This document shows, piece after piece, positions 45,838 to 54,975 of a DNA stretch of 64,000 bases. Below the pieces are notes generated by a model, which worked only from the letters and a program-made list of their open reading frames with translations, did no database searches and had not been told where the DNA came from. Location: the IMG/VR virus record IMGVR_UViG_3300021185_003947; one strand, 5' to 3'. This DNA comes from a virus (lineage: Duplodnaviria > Caudoviricetes). Positions within the stretch are counted from its first letter, which is position 1; each line of letters opens with the position of its first letter. Both the position numbers and the translations under genes were made by a program.

Positions 45838-46557
45838 CTATTTTCTCGAATAGTTTAGAATTGCGCCGGCATTTAATACATTTTGTAATTGTGTACTTAC
45901 AAATTGATGAGTAAAATTGCTGGTGTATATGTGTATTTTATTAGATGGCATGACTATTTTTGCAAGATGCATAAATCCAGAATCAACTCCGACATGCAGA
46001 TCAGCTTTTGACATTATATATGCTATTTTATGTAAATCATTTCTTAATATAGGATTACTAGCCTGACCACCAACGCCTATAATTTCATATCCTAAGTCTT
46101 TATAGAAATCAACTATACGTTGTATTTCATCTTCACTACATCTTCTTCTTTGTTGGCCGGCGTCCCATTGCATTGTAATAAATTTTTTTGGTAGTGGTGG
46201 CATTTCTTTTGAATAATCTTTTACTTTTATTTTTGGAAAATCACCTAGTGAGGATAGCAAATTTTGATAATCATCATTTTTAGAGCCAATATTATATCGA
46301 GGATAGTTTAAAAATTTTAAATTACTATGAAAATTATCTGACATTTCTAATATCATATGTCTTGGTTTAAATAAAGAAGATAATTCATCCCAACATATAA
46401 ATTCTTGCTTTTGTGTAGGATTAGGTGTATATCTTTTATGTATTGTAATGAAATCATCATTAGCTTGTTGAGCTAACATATTAGCAGTACAAAGATAATC
46501 TATTCTATCGCCAAGACCAACACCTTTAATATTTGTTTCTAATACTAAATGTTGCAT
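45838..46557 (-). CDS. GT9-like glycosyltransferase (paralog 3)
   Basis: LHVGVDSGFMHLA; long identical blocks shared with paralog 2. Confidence 0.6.
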   Translation of the reverse strand: MQHLVLETNIKGVGLGDRIDYLCTANMLAQQANDDFITIHKRYTPNPTQKQEFICWDELSSLFKPRHMILEMSDNFHSNLKFLNYPRYNIGSKNDDYQNLLSSLGDFPKIKVKDYSKEMPPLPKKFITMQWDAGQQRRRCSEDEIQRIVDFYKDLGYEIIGVGGQASNPILRNDLHKIAYIMSKADLHVGVDSGFMHLAKIVMPSNKIHIYTSNFTHQFVSTQLQNVLNAGAILNYSRK

Positions 46558-46560
46558 AAT

Positions 46561-47331
46561 CTATCTTCTTTCAATATCACTTTCTTCACACTTTTCTCCG
46601 AATTGAATCTCAATAACATGGCACGGTTCACTACCTACACTAATTGCTTTATGCCAGGTTCCAGCATCTATTACCATCGTGTCATGAGGTTTCATTATAG
46701 TTGATTTTATATCTCCGCTATAATCTTCGGTAATCATACATAATTTACCTTTTAAAACATACCAATGTTCAGTACGGTACTTATGTCTTTGGTCTGATAA
46801 CGATTTGTCAGGATCAATAACTAACTCTTTAGTTTTAAATGTGTCCTTATCATCAAGTACACGATAAAATCCCCATCTTGTTTCAGTCTTTTGTGTTTTC
46901 CAATTATCAAGAATAGCACTTGAAGAATTTTTCTTATGAGCACCTCCAATTCCAAATTCAAAAGATAAAGTATTTTTATCTGATATTGTCATATTTTCTT
47001 CTGGAATATTTGTAGTGGTTCTATCGCCACCATTCATAAAACATATTTCATGACCAGTAGTAGAACTATCTGCCATACTTATAAGATCTTTTGCAGAGCC
47101 ATCATCATCATTAAATTCTATTACTTGAAAATCACACTCAAGTTTTAGTCTTCTTATTATATATGCTCGTTCTTCCCATGGCATAAAGAAAGAACCTTTT
47201 TTGCGTATTAACCATTGATCACTATTTGGACCAATATATAAAAAATCACAGCGGGTCGATGCATTTACAATATAGTCGATATGACCAGAATGTAAAGGAT
47301 CAAACCCGCCGCTAATTATTCCAATTTTCAT
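46561..47331 (-). CDS. Cytidylyltransferase-like (HxGH) domain fused to mannose-6-phosphate-isomerase-type cupin
   Basis: SGGFDPLHSGH...FMNGGDR; WGFYRVL...SDQRHKYRTEHWYV...EIQFG. Confidence 0.85.
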   Translation of the reverse strand: MKIGIISGGFDPLHSGHIDYIVNASTRCDFLYIGPNSDQWLIRKKGSFFMPWEERAYIIRRLKLECDFQVIEFNDDDGSAKDLISMADSSTTGHEICFMNGGDRTTTNIPEENMTISDKNTLSFEFGIGGAHKKNSSSAILDNWKTQKTETRWGFYRVLDDKDTFKTKELVIDPDKSLSDQRHKYRTEHWYVLKGKLCMITEDYSGDIKSTIMKPHDTMVIDAGTWHKAISVGSEPCHVIEIQFGEKCEESDIERR

Positions 47332-47355
47332 GATATACTATTCACCTTTATAATA

Positions 47356-47709
47356 TTATTTACCTTTAGTATAACCTTCCTTTGCATAGAAGGCTGCTAC
47401 GATTGCTGCAACTGATACGAAGTATGTTGGAGCCATATCACCTAGAATATTTGGAGCGGCTTCTAAACCAATCCAATTAGCAAGGACTACAGCAAACGGA
47501 TAAAGAAGCATTCCAGCAAGAGCAAACCACGCCATTCCACGCTGTGCATCTTCTTTCTTATCTTCGTTTTCTATTCTTTCACGTTTTGCTTCAAGATCCA
47601 TTATTTTATCTGCTTGTGCCATTTCTTCATCAGAAACAACGCCATCTCCATCAGTGTCTAAATGCGCATATTTTGAGTCGTCTTGTAATGTTTTACTTTT
47701 TTTAGCCAT
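47356..47709 (-). CDS. EF-hand-loop membrane protein with two TM helices
   Basis: DTDGDGVVSDEE canonical 12-residue loop; hydrophobic C-terminus. Confidence 0.65.
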   Translation of the reverse strand: MAKKSKTLQDDSKYAHLDTDGDGVVSDEEMAQADKIMDLEAKRERIENEDKKEDAQRGMAWFALAGMLLYPFAVVLANWIGLEAAPNILGDMAPTYFVSVAAIVAAFYAKEGYTKGK

Positions 47710-47746
47710 GCTGTTTCCTTATAAAATTTACATGACAAAAAATAAT

Positions 47747-47962
47747 TTATTCAGCTTCTGCTGGTTCACTTTCAGGTTTTTGATTTTTAGCAATGAAGTC
47801 TTCACAAATCATATTTAATTTGTCAAAAGTCGTGCCAAGCGTTGATAAATCAGCAGCTTTAAATACTCCAGCTTGTGTAGCGGTATCAAAAACAGCTCTC
47901 ATAACCATTAAATCATTAATAGTTAATTCAACATTTGTATTGGTTTGAACTTCGTCAGTCAT
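47747..47962 (-). CDS. Hypothetical protein
   Basis: GGAG RBS. Confidence 0.6.
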   Translation of the reverse strand: MTDEVQTNTNVELTINDLMVMRAVFDTATQAGVFKAADLSTLGTTFDKLNMICEDFIAKNQKPESEPAEAE

Positions 47963-48017
47963 CTTTTATTATCTCCATTAAATTGATTGTAGTATTATAT
48001 ATATTGTTTATTGTCTC

Positions 48018-49067
48018 CTAAACACTGAAGTCATAGTATCTGTCATTTACAGCGGAAGATGTTGAACCTTGAAGCAAGGTGTAACTGGTGCTGCTCAAAT
48101 CGGATGCTGTATTGCCGCCGATATATGGCGTGACATATCCGCCGGAAAAGCGTGGAAGGCCGGAACCGGTCCCTGTAACTAGTATGCCTTTAATCGTTCT
48201 GGCTGTAGTCCAAGTTATCGTTTTCGCGCTGACGGCTGAATTCGCAACAAGCCCCCAATTAAAATACGACCCCGAACCCGAAGCCGGTAAAGTATGGTTA
48301 AACCTTGAGAGCATTTCTGTTCGCATGTACGCATGTGCGGGGGTATCAGAAGTGGATGTGCTTCTTTCGCCGCCTTCATGCCAACTACTTGTTTCAATAT
48401 TCGCACCATACACAACCTCACTTGCGTAAGTTGAATCGTCGTGCAGATTGCTTCCATCCTCCGCAACAAACATAAAACTAAAAATACAATAGCCATTGCT
48501 CGAGGATGTCTGAGTTATATCAAATCCGTAGACATCCGCTAAACCAAACGACAATTGAAAAAAAGTTGATTTTGCTGTTGTCTGTAGTCCATCTGAGGCT
48601 TTGAACCTTCCGGTAAATGTCCCACTATTGCTTTGGGATGTTGATGGAGTGAACGTAAAAACGCCATTACTTTTTGTAAGAGATGTTATTTGTGGTGGTA
48701 AGGAAGACTCGGTGTAGGAGCTGTCTCCAGAAACCCCATCGAACTCATAACTGATTGGGAATCCTTGAGGGTCTGTTGCAGCAACCGTAACAACATTGTT
48801 TGATCCATCGGTGTTTAATAGCAAATTTGACGGTGGATCAGTTGTGAAACTAGGTGTAGTTTGTGACCCAGTGTAAACCCGATCCCATTCAGTACCGTCC
48901 CAAACGTAAACCGCCTTAGTGTCAGTTGCAAAAGCCATATCACCAGCAGTGTTACCCGAATCTGGAAATGCTGCAAGATTTGCATATATTACAGTGCTAG
49001 ATCCTATATCGCTTGAACTGCTTCCTGTTTTACTAAAAAGTCTTGATACATCTCTTGCTTTTGACAT
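48018..49067 (-). CDS. Virion fibre/decoration protein with Ig/cadherin-like module
   Basis: N-terminal module shared with 53653 and 54976 ORFs; late promoter at 49100-49107. Confidence 0.65.
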   Translation of the reverse strand: MSKARDVSRLFSKTGSSSSDIGSSTVIYANLAAFPDSGNTAGDMAFATDTKAVYVWDGTEWDRVYTGSQTTPSFTTDPPSNLLLNTDGSNNVVTVAATDPQGFPISYEFDGVSGDSSYTESSLPPQITSLTKSNGVFTFTPSTSQSNSGTFTGRFKASDGLQTTAKSTFFQLSFGLADVYGFDITQTSSSNGYCIFSFMFVAEDGSNLHDDSTYASEVVYGANIETSSWHEGGERSTSTSDTPAHAYMRTEMLSRFNHTLPASGSGSYFNWGLVANSAVSAKTITWTTARTIKGILVTGTGSGLPRFSGGYVTPYIGGNTASDLSSTSYTLLQGSTSSAVNDRYYDFSV

Positions 49068-49099
49068 AAGTTACTACCATTTTAATTGTGTGTTTAGTA

Positions 49100-49107
49100 T
49101 ATTTATA
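49100..49107 (-). promoter_or_regulatory. T4 late promoter
   Basis: TATAAATA. Confidence 0.7.
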
Positions 49108-49111
49108 TAAG

Positions 49112-49342
49112 TTAAATGTTCTTTAAAATTTTATTAGCGATTTCTATGGCTCTATCATACCCAGGTCTAAATCTATTTTTTCTATTACCATATTTTTTAA
49201 ACCATATGATATTTTCTAAAATGCTTGTTTTTCTATTATCTGGAATAACAAAGTTTTGAATAATTTCTTCAAATTGAAAACGAAGACTTAAAATTTCTGC
49301 GATACTCATACATATATTTCCTCTTCGTATAACTCTTTCCAA
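49112..49342 (-). CDS. Hypothetical protein
   Basis: ORF track. Confidence 0.55.
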   Translation of the reverse strand: MERVIRRGNICMSIAEILSLRFQFEEIIQNFVIPDNRKTSILENIIWFKKYGNRKNRFRPGYDRAIEIANKILKNI

Positions 49343-49887
49343 CTAAAATATTTGGGAATACAATTAGAAGAATTATCGTTCCATGGATGTGATATTAAAA
49401 CTGAGTCTAAACCCATTCGTAATCCAAGTTCTGCATTTTCAATTTTATCTTCTACCCAAAGATATCCGCTATCCCTGTATGGTTCAAGCGCTTCATCTTT
49501 ATCAGCACCAGTATCACAGAAAATATATTTAGTAAATGCTGTCTTACCAAATAATCTTTCAATATTTTCTATTCTTAATTTCTGAGCGTACTCATCAGTT
49601 GTAAGTGACGTACACATATGAAAAGTATAACCATATTTACGATGTAATAAATCTACATAATAAACAGCATCACGCAGCGGATTTAGATATTTCATCCATG
49701 CTGATTCATTAAAAGCCCGTACTATTCGATCTTTTTCTTCAGAACTTATACCATAACGCTTTCCCATATTGTATTCTCTTCGATTGTTTTCATCGACTAC
49801 ATAGCCACGACTAGTCATCCAATCAGTAAAAGCGCCCTCCCAATTCAGGAGGACGCCGTCACAATCAGTTAATATAATTTTATTCAT
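49306..49887 (-). CDS. HAD-family 5'-nucleotidase-like phosphatase
   Basis: ILTDCDGVLLNW...LWVEDK. Confidence 0.85.
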   Translation of the reverse strand: MNKIILTDCDGVLLNWEGAFTDWMTSRGYVVDENNRREYNMGKRYGISSEEKDRIVRAFNESAWMKYLNPLRDAVYYVDLLHRKYGYTFHMCTSLTTDEYAQKLRIENIERLFGKTAFTKYIFCDTGADKDEALEPYRDSGYLWVEDKIENAELGLRMGLDSVLISHPWNDNSSNCIPKYFSWKELYEEEIYV

Positions 49888-49890
49888 AAG

Positions 49891-50079
49891 CTAGCTTTCA
49901 TTGTCATTTTCAAATTCATCCTGTCCATCGTACATCGCATAATCTATATTATGGCCTCGTATTTTAAAACCAGTTTTTCTTTCTTCAACATCTCTAATCC
50001 TATTATCTTTGCTTTGAGACATATTTTTATTTCTGTCACGTTTCTTATTACGTGGATCAAATCGACCAAATTTAGCCAT
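49891..50079 (-). CDS. Small hypothetical protein
   Basis: MAKFGRFDPRNKK. Confidence 0.55.
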   Translation of the reverse strand: MAKFGRFDPRNKKRDRNKNMSQSKDNRIRDVEERKTGFKIRGHNIDYAMYDGQDEFENDNES

Positions 50080-50100
50080 CTTACTTATTTCACCTTTATG

Positions 50101-50940
50101 TTATGAGAAAATTTTGCCTAGTGTTTGTGGTCCTGCAATTCCGTCTGGAGTACATCCATTTTCAAGTTGCCATGCTTTAAGTGCTGCTTCAGTACCACGA
50201 CCAAAATCACCATCAGCATCAAGACCAAGACATTCTTGAAGCTTTCTTACTGTATCACCCTTTGATCCTCTACGAACCAATTTAAGTTCCACATCATCAT
50301 TATCGTCATCAAATTCTACATGACCTCCAAGTACTTCAAGAGCATGCGCATAATGCTTTTTACGATCTGCAAGACCAATGGTTCCACCATTAATACGTTT
50401 TGTCATACGAACAATATCGTCTGCATCACAATACTTATTAATGTTATTAGTCTTCCAAAACCAGCAAGCTGATTCAATAGCACCTTGAGGTGTTCGTACA
50501 TAATCAGTAGCTTCTTCAGCAGTCATTCCTACAGTCTTACCAAACTCGGTATAGTTATATCTACCAGTAAGCTGAAGAATTCCACCACCTCTAAATGTCC
50601 AACCATCACCTGATGCAGTATCACCATTATCCATACGATTAGCATAAATGCGATTAGCAATCTTTTCTGGTTGTCTATGATATTCTTGAGCATCAACACC
50701 CGCACGTTTAAAGTATTTACCAAAAATAGCATCAAGTGCTTTTGCACTATAGTTTAAATTTTCAGTAATTGTTTTATAACTTGCACTTTCATGTGCTGTT
50801 TGAGCAATAAACCCAGCCACCCGATTAGGTGTAGTAATATCATATTTTGGAAACATTTCTACCATTGCATTATACCAATCTGATACATCGCTTTTATGTA
50901 GAATTGTTTTAACATGATCTTCTGTAAAATCAAAATCCAT
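50101..50940 (-). CDS. Endolysin: GH19 domain + C-terminal peptidoglycan-binding domain
   Basis: FIAQTAHES...ENLNYS...RGGGILQLTGRYNY...INGG; LVRRGSKG...DGDFG...TEAALKAWQ...DGIAGPQT. Confidence 0.92.
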   Translation of the reverse strand: MDFDFTEDHVKTILHKSDVSDWYNAMVEMFPKYDITTPNRVAGFIAQTAHESASYKTITENLNYSAKALDAIFGKYFKRAGVDAQEYHRQPEKIANRIYANRMDNGDTASGDGWTFRGGGILQLTGRYNYTEFGKTVGMTAEEATDYVRTPQGAIESACWFWKTNNINKYCDADDIVRMTKRINGGTIGLADRKKHYAHALEVLGGHVEFDDDNDDVELKLVRRGSKGDTVRKLQECLGLDADGDFGRGTEAALKAWQLENGCTPDGIAGPQTLGKIFS

Positions 50941-51178
50941 CTTGTCCGTACTCCCGTGTGTTTTCTATTTCTAAGGAAAAGCTTTCATAGCCTCCAATAT
51001 GTTTGTCGTTCCAAAATATTTGTGGAACGGTAGGAACAGAACCTATTTTACTAAGTAACTGTTCATATATATCTAAATCTTCTGCATCTTTATATTCATA
51101 TTTTAATTTATATGATTCAGCTAATGCTACAGCTTTCTTACAATAACCACATCTACTTGTACCATAAATTTCAATCAT
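50930..51178 (-). CDS. Glutaredoxin
   Basis: CGYC active site, TVPQIF, IGGY. Confidence 0.9.
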   Translation of the reverse strand: MIEIYGTSRCGYCKKAVALAESYKLKYEYKDAEDLDIYEQLLSKIGSVPTVPQIFWNDKHIGGYESFSLEIENTREYGQDGF

Positions 51179-51338
51179 CGCCATTATCCCATATACACCA
51201 TGCGCCATAAGCAATTGCAGCATATGCTGCTAATTTAGCAAATGGTCCAGCAATTAAAACAATAACACCTACAGCAATTAAAGCTGCTCCATTTAACGAT
51301 GTCTTTTCACCGATTTTTTGAATAACCCAATCTTTCAT
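51171..51338 (-). CDS. Small two-TM membrane protein (55 aa)
   Basis: Manual translation MKDWVIQKIGEKTSLNGAALIAVGVIVLIAGPFAKLAAYAAIAYGAWCIWDNGDD. Confidence 0.55.
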   Translation of the reverse strand: MKDWVIQKIGEKTSLNGAALIAVGVIVLIAGPFAKLAAYAAIAYGAWCIWDNGDD

Positions 51339-51348
51339 TTAAATTCTC

Positions 51349-52038
51349 CTATGATATTCCTAACATTTCTTTTGTCATTATATAATCACGAACCAAATCA
51401 GATCTTACAATATCTTCCCATCCAAATTTAACTACTTCAAAAAATCTCATTTGTTCTACAATTTTTAAGAACTTTAAAATACCATCTTTCTCATCATCAA
51501 ATTTAAAGTCTGATTGCATATAATCGCCACAAAAAATAACACGACAATCTTTACCAATACGTGTAATAACAGAGTCTAATTCATGGAAGTTTAAATTTTG
51601 CATTTCATCAATAAGAATAATTGAGTGATCAAATGTACAACCACGAATATATGAAGTAGATTCAAATTTTATCTGCTTTGCGTTTATCATTTTATTATAA
51701 GAACCAAACTCACCGAATAACTCATTACATATAAATTTATAAGGTAGATTAAATGGTTCTCTTTTTTCTTCTATTGTACCAGGAAGAAATCCACCATCCC
51801 GCGTAGGAACAATAGATCTCATAATAGTTATATCACGATAAATTTCAGGTTCATCAAGCATTGCTTTTAAAGCTAAATATAAGCCGATAAACGTTTTACC
51901 AGTACCAGCACTTCCTGATAGTACTATATTTTTATTTTCTTCCCAAGCAGAAAACGCTGTTCGCTGATTTTCTGTAATAGGTTCAATACGAATAAGTTCT
52001 TCCGCATGAACTTGTAACGAATTATTTTTTTTAGTCAT
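51349..52038 (-). CDS. phoH: PhoH-like ATPase
   Basis: GSAGTGKT...RGCTFDH..ILIDEMQN...RIG...GDYMQSD...IVRSDLV. Confidence 0.93.
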   Translation of the reverse strand: MTKKNNSLQVHAEELIRIEPITENQRTAFSAWEENKNIVLSGSAGTGKTFIGLYLALKAMLDEPEIYRDITIMRSIVPTRDGGFLPGTIEEKREPFNLPYKFICNELFGEFGSYNKMINAKQIKFESTSYIRGCTFDHSIILIDEMQNLNFHELDSVITRIGKDCRVIFCGDYMQSDFKFDDEKDGILKFLKIVEQMRFFEVVKFGWEDIVRSDLVRDYIMTKEMLGIS

Positions 52039-52268
52039 ATGTTAATCGTATTACCTTTACCAGAACCACTCTTTATTTTTCTTTTCAAATCTTTAAAACC
52101 GTCGGGTGTTTGGCCGTACATATCTTTAGCTGCACTTAAAAACCGTGGTGCACTTGGGACTTGAATAATTTCAGGATCATGATTTAACATTTCTTGCAGT
52201 TGATTCCAGCTACAAATAGTGTCCCATCTATCATTTGTTTTAATATTTTTTAATGTATACGTTGGCAC
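52035..52268 (-). CDS. Hypothetical protein (FmdB-like, typical upstream of phoH)
   Basis: MPTYTLKN...PDGFKDL..KIK. Confidence 0.65.
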   Translation of the reverse strand: MPTYTLKNIKTNDRWDTICSWNQLQEMLNHDPEIIQVPSAPRFLSAAKDMYGQTPDGFKDLKRKIKSGSGKGNTINI

Positions 52269-52480
52269 GTTTTTTCAGTCCTTTTCCATTTGTTCCATGA
52301 TTCTTCTACATTATATCTATACATAATGTTCCATTGTTTAGACAAACCTGACCAAGATCTAATATATTCTTTTGGTTTTGGGCCATTTGAGTTATTATTT
52401 ACAACAAGTTGAAGATATGTTCCGTCTTTAAGACTACCAATTTGTATACTATCAATAACCCTATATTCGATATCAAACAT
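52250..52480 (-). CDS. Hypothetical protein
   Basis: ORF track. Confidence 0.5.
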   Translation of the reverse strand: MFDIEYRVIDSIQIGSLKDGTYLQLVVNNNSNGPKPKEYIRSWSGLSKQWNIMYRYNVEESWNKWKRTEKTCQRIH

Positions 52481-52770
52481 TAATAAGTAACTCCATTAAT
52501 AAAGTTTTCACCTTTAATTGTGATGTAAGCATATCCATCATTAGGATTGATATCACGAGAAATAAAACCGGCATTTATTAACATTTCCATTCGATTACAA
52601 TACTCTTGATATCTTTGTGAAAAGCCATCAAGATTATTAAAATTTCTTACATGGATTGGCTTACGTACGCCATTTTTTGCTTCTGATGCAACTGCATCTT
52701 CTAGGATATCAAGTTGAATTTTTACCAGTTTCATAATGTATCTCCCTTTGTTAATACCTTTATAATACAT
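52480..52770 (-). CDS. Hypothetical protein (start likely MKLVKIQ)
   Basis: Follows early promoter. Confidence 0.55.
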   Translation of the reverse strand: MYYKGINKGRYIMKLVKIQLDILEDAVASEAKNGVRKPIHVRNFNNLDGFSQRYQEYCNRMEMLINAGFISRDINPNDGYAYITIKGENFINGVTY

Positions 52771-52840
52771 TTTTGACTAGTTGTAAACAATAAAATACAT
52801 TTAATTTGCATTTAATATATTATGTGATATTTATGTTACA
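52759..52840 (-). promoter_or_regulatory. Early promoter cassette, degenerate copy 4
   Basis: GTTTACA-17-TATAAA; TGTGA-N8-TTACA box at 52823-52840. Confidence 0.7.
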
Positions 52841-53023
52841 GTATCGCAATTCATCAAAGTCCATTTGTAACGCGTTCTTTTGTTTAATAATTTCTAATTC
52901 CCAATGGTGAATTATATCACGTTTAGCAGGATTATTGTCTGGTAACTGTAATGCCCTACGATAATGAGCAGCTTCTTCTTTTAAGAATTTATTAAACTTG
53001 CGTGGAATAGAAACTTTACGCAC
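52820..53023 (-). CDS. Hypothetical protein
   Basis: ORF track. Confidence 0.5.
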   Translation of the reverse strand: MRKVSIPRKFNKFLKEEAAHYRRALQLPDNNPAKRDIIHHWELEIIKQKNALQMDFDELRYCNINIT

Positions 53024-53588
53024 TTTCTTTTACCTCAAACCATTCTGGAATTGGACGACGAGTCCATGCCATTTTAAATCTATCTTGTTTTGTCTGATAA
53101 TATAATTTATAAGATTTAACTGGATCACCTTCAATAATACACTGTGGTTCGTGTTTCATTGCAAGAGCAAATGGAGTCATTAGGTATTTAAAACCCTCTT
53201 TAATATTAGTTGGAAGTTTAGATAATTTTTTACTAAGAAGATTTTCAGTAGAATGAGTTTTATCATAGCGGTAAGTATATTCTTTACATAGCGCTGAAAA
53301 ATGTTCATAATGCCATTGATAATTATTATCATTTTGCATTGTCCATACTGTACAAGGATGGCCCATATGAACCGCTTTGTATAGAACATTTTCACGATCA
53401 TCGGGAAGTTCCCAATACTTACTCATAGTTTTACCGGATTTAGATCTTCGTCTTGTTTCAATACCATCAAGCATACGATGAGCTGTTGATAACATTTGAG
53501 CAGATTCGACAATCATTTTAACTACGTGTTTATCACATTGTAATTGAGCAGCTTTGATTGGATCCTTATCTAAGATGAATAAATTCAT
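53016..53588 (-). CDS. Pyrimidine-dimer DNA glycosylase/DenV-like protein
   Basis: MNLFILDKDP..AAQ..CDKHVVKMIVESAQMLSTAH...HPCTVW. Confidence 0.7.
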   Translation of the reverse strand: MNLFILDKDPIKAAQLQCDKHVVKMIVESAQMLSTAHRMLDGIETRRRSKSGKTMSKYWELPDDRENVLYKAVHMGHPCTVWTMQNDNNYQWHYEHFSALCKEYTYRYDKTHSTENLLSKKLSKLPTNIKEGFKYLMTPFALAMKHEPQCIIEGDPVKSYKLYYQTKQDRFKMAWTRRPIPEWFEVKESA

Positions 53589-53618
53589 AGTAATACCTTT
53601 TTAACAGATTATACTAAT

Positions 53619-53648
53619 ATTATATCACATTATTTAGCAATTGTAAAC
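53619..53648 (-). promoter_or_regulatory. Early promoter
   Basis: GTTTACA-17-TATAAT. Confidence 0.8.
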
Positions 53649-53652
53649 AATT

Positions 53653-54972
53653 TTATACCAATGTTTCAGCATCAACATTACTAGCATTACTAACATTTGT
53701 AGAAGGAAATGATCTACCTGAACCCCAAAGAAGTCTTACAGCCCCACCGCCTGAGTTACCTCCCCCTGCGCCAGATCCACCGCCACCGCCGCCGCCGCCA
53801 TAGTTTCCTCCGGCTGAATGACCATAAGTACTAACGGCATCTTCGCCACCTGACCCGCCGGTACCCGCAGAAGTAGTTGTTGGATGTTGATTTGGATGTA
53901 TAGCAGCTAAACCACCAACTCCGTTCGTTCCTTGTCCGTAGACACCAACGCCACCGCCGCCACATGTATAACTACCAGAATTTGCCATTGACCCACCAGC
54001 GCCACCGCCCTGACCATTTCCAGCTTGTCCCGTATTACCAGATTTACCATCTCCACCATCTCCGGAATAACCACCTGCACCACCACCGCCGCAATCTTGA
54101 TAAGTTCCGCTACCTTGGCCATCACCGCCGTTACCACCGCCATCTCCAACATAACCACCACCGGTCGCGCCATTACCACCTTCACCCATTACGGTTGATG
54201 TGTTTATAAAGTAACTATGTTCATTTGCTTTATTTTGACCACCAGCACCAACAACTACCGTATAAGATTGACCTGGAGTAACCGATATATTATTTTTCCA
54301 ACCAAGACCTCCACCTCCTCCTGCTACTGAGCCTGCTTCCGCGCCGGCACCAACCGCTACAACTGATACACTAGTAAGTCCAGCTGGACAGGTCCAAGAA
54401 TGTGTTCCTGCTGTTGAAAATAAATAACTAGAAGGCGGAGGACCAAATGATAATGCAAATGAGGATGCGTAATTAAGTGCTGAATTTACATTATCTGTCA
54501 CACTAAATGTTAAAGTAAATGTTCCAGCGTCAGATTCTGTACTAGATGGAGTAATAGTAAATACATTATCTGCTTGAGATACTGTTGCCGTTGACCCTAG
54601 TGAACCAGTTGTAACTGCATAACTCCAAGTCAACACCATTCCTTCTGGGTCTGTGGCGACGGCAGTAATAGTAGTTGCTGTTCCATCAGTTGCTAAACTA
54701 TATGCTGAATTTACACCAGTAATAGAAGAAGGTGAAGCATTCGTTACTTCAGCGACTAGGTACCAACCAACACCATTCCAAACATACAATTTATTTGTAG
54801 CTTTAACAAATGCTGTATTTCCCTTGCTAGTAGAATTTGCTGGTAAATCTGCAAGAGTTTCATAAACTCTTATGTTAGATTTTTCTGGTCCTGAAGCTTC
54901 TGAAGCGGGTAAAGGTGCCAGTTCAAATGTCGGAATCATATTTGCATATCGGGTTTCAGAATACTTACCCAT
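53653..54972 (-). CDS. Virion fibre protein with Ig-like module and glycine-rich C-terminal domain
   Basis: FSTAGTHSWTCPAGLTSVSVVAVGAG...GGGGGLGWKNNISVTPG...GAVRLLWG. Confidence 0.75.
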   Translation of the reverse strand: MGKYSETRYANMIPTFELAPLPASEASGPEKSNIRVYETLADLPANSTSKGNTAFVKATNKLYVWNGVGWYLVAEVTNASPSSITGVNSAYSLATDGTATTITAVATDPEGMVLTWSYAVTTGSLGSTATVSQADNVFTITPSSTESDAGTFTLTFSVTDNVNSALNYASSFALSFGPPPSSYLFSTAGTHSWTCPAGLTSVSVVAVGAGAEAGSVAGGGGGLGWKNNISVTPGQSYTVVVGAGGQNKANEHSYFINTSTVMGEGGNGATGGGYVGDGGGNGGDGQGSGTYQDCGGGGAGGYSGDGGDGKSGNTGQAGNGQGGGAGGSMANSGSYTCGGGGVGVYGQGTNGVGGLAAIHPNQHPTTTSAGTGGSGGEDAVSTYGHSAGGNYGGGGGGGGSGAGGGNSGGGAVRLLWGSGRSFPSTNVSNASNVDAETLV

Positions 54973-54975
54973 AAT

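Noticed and set aside
53740-54400. GC-rich island suggesting foreign DNA
   Set aside because: Explained by Gly-rich coding (GGN codons)
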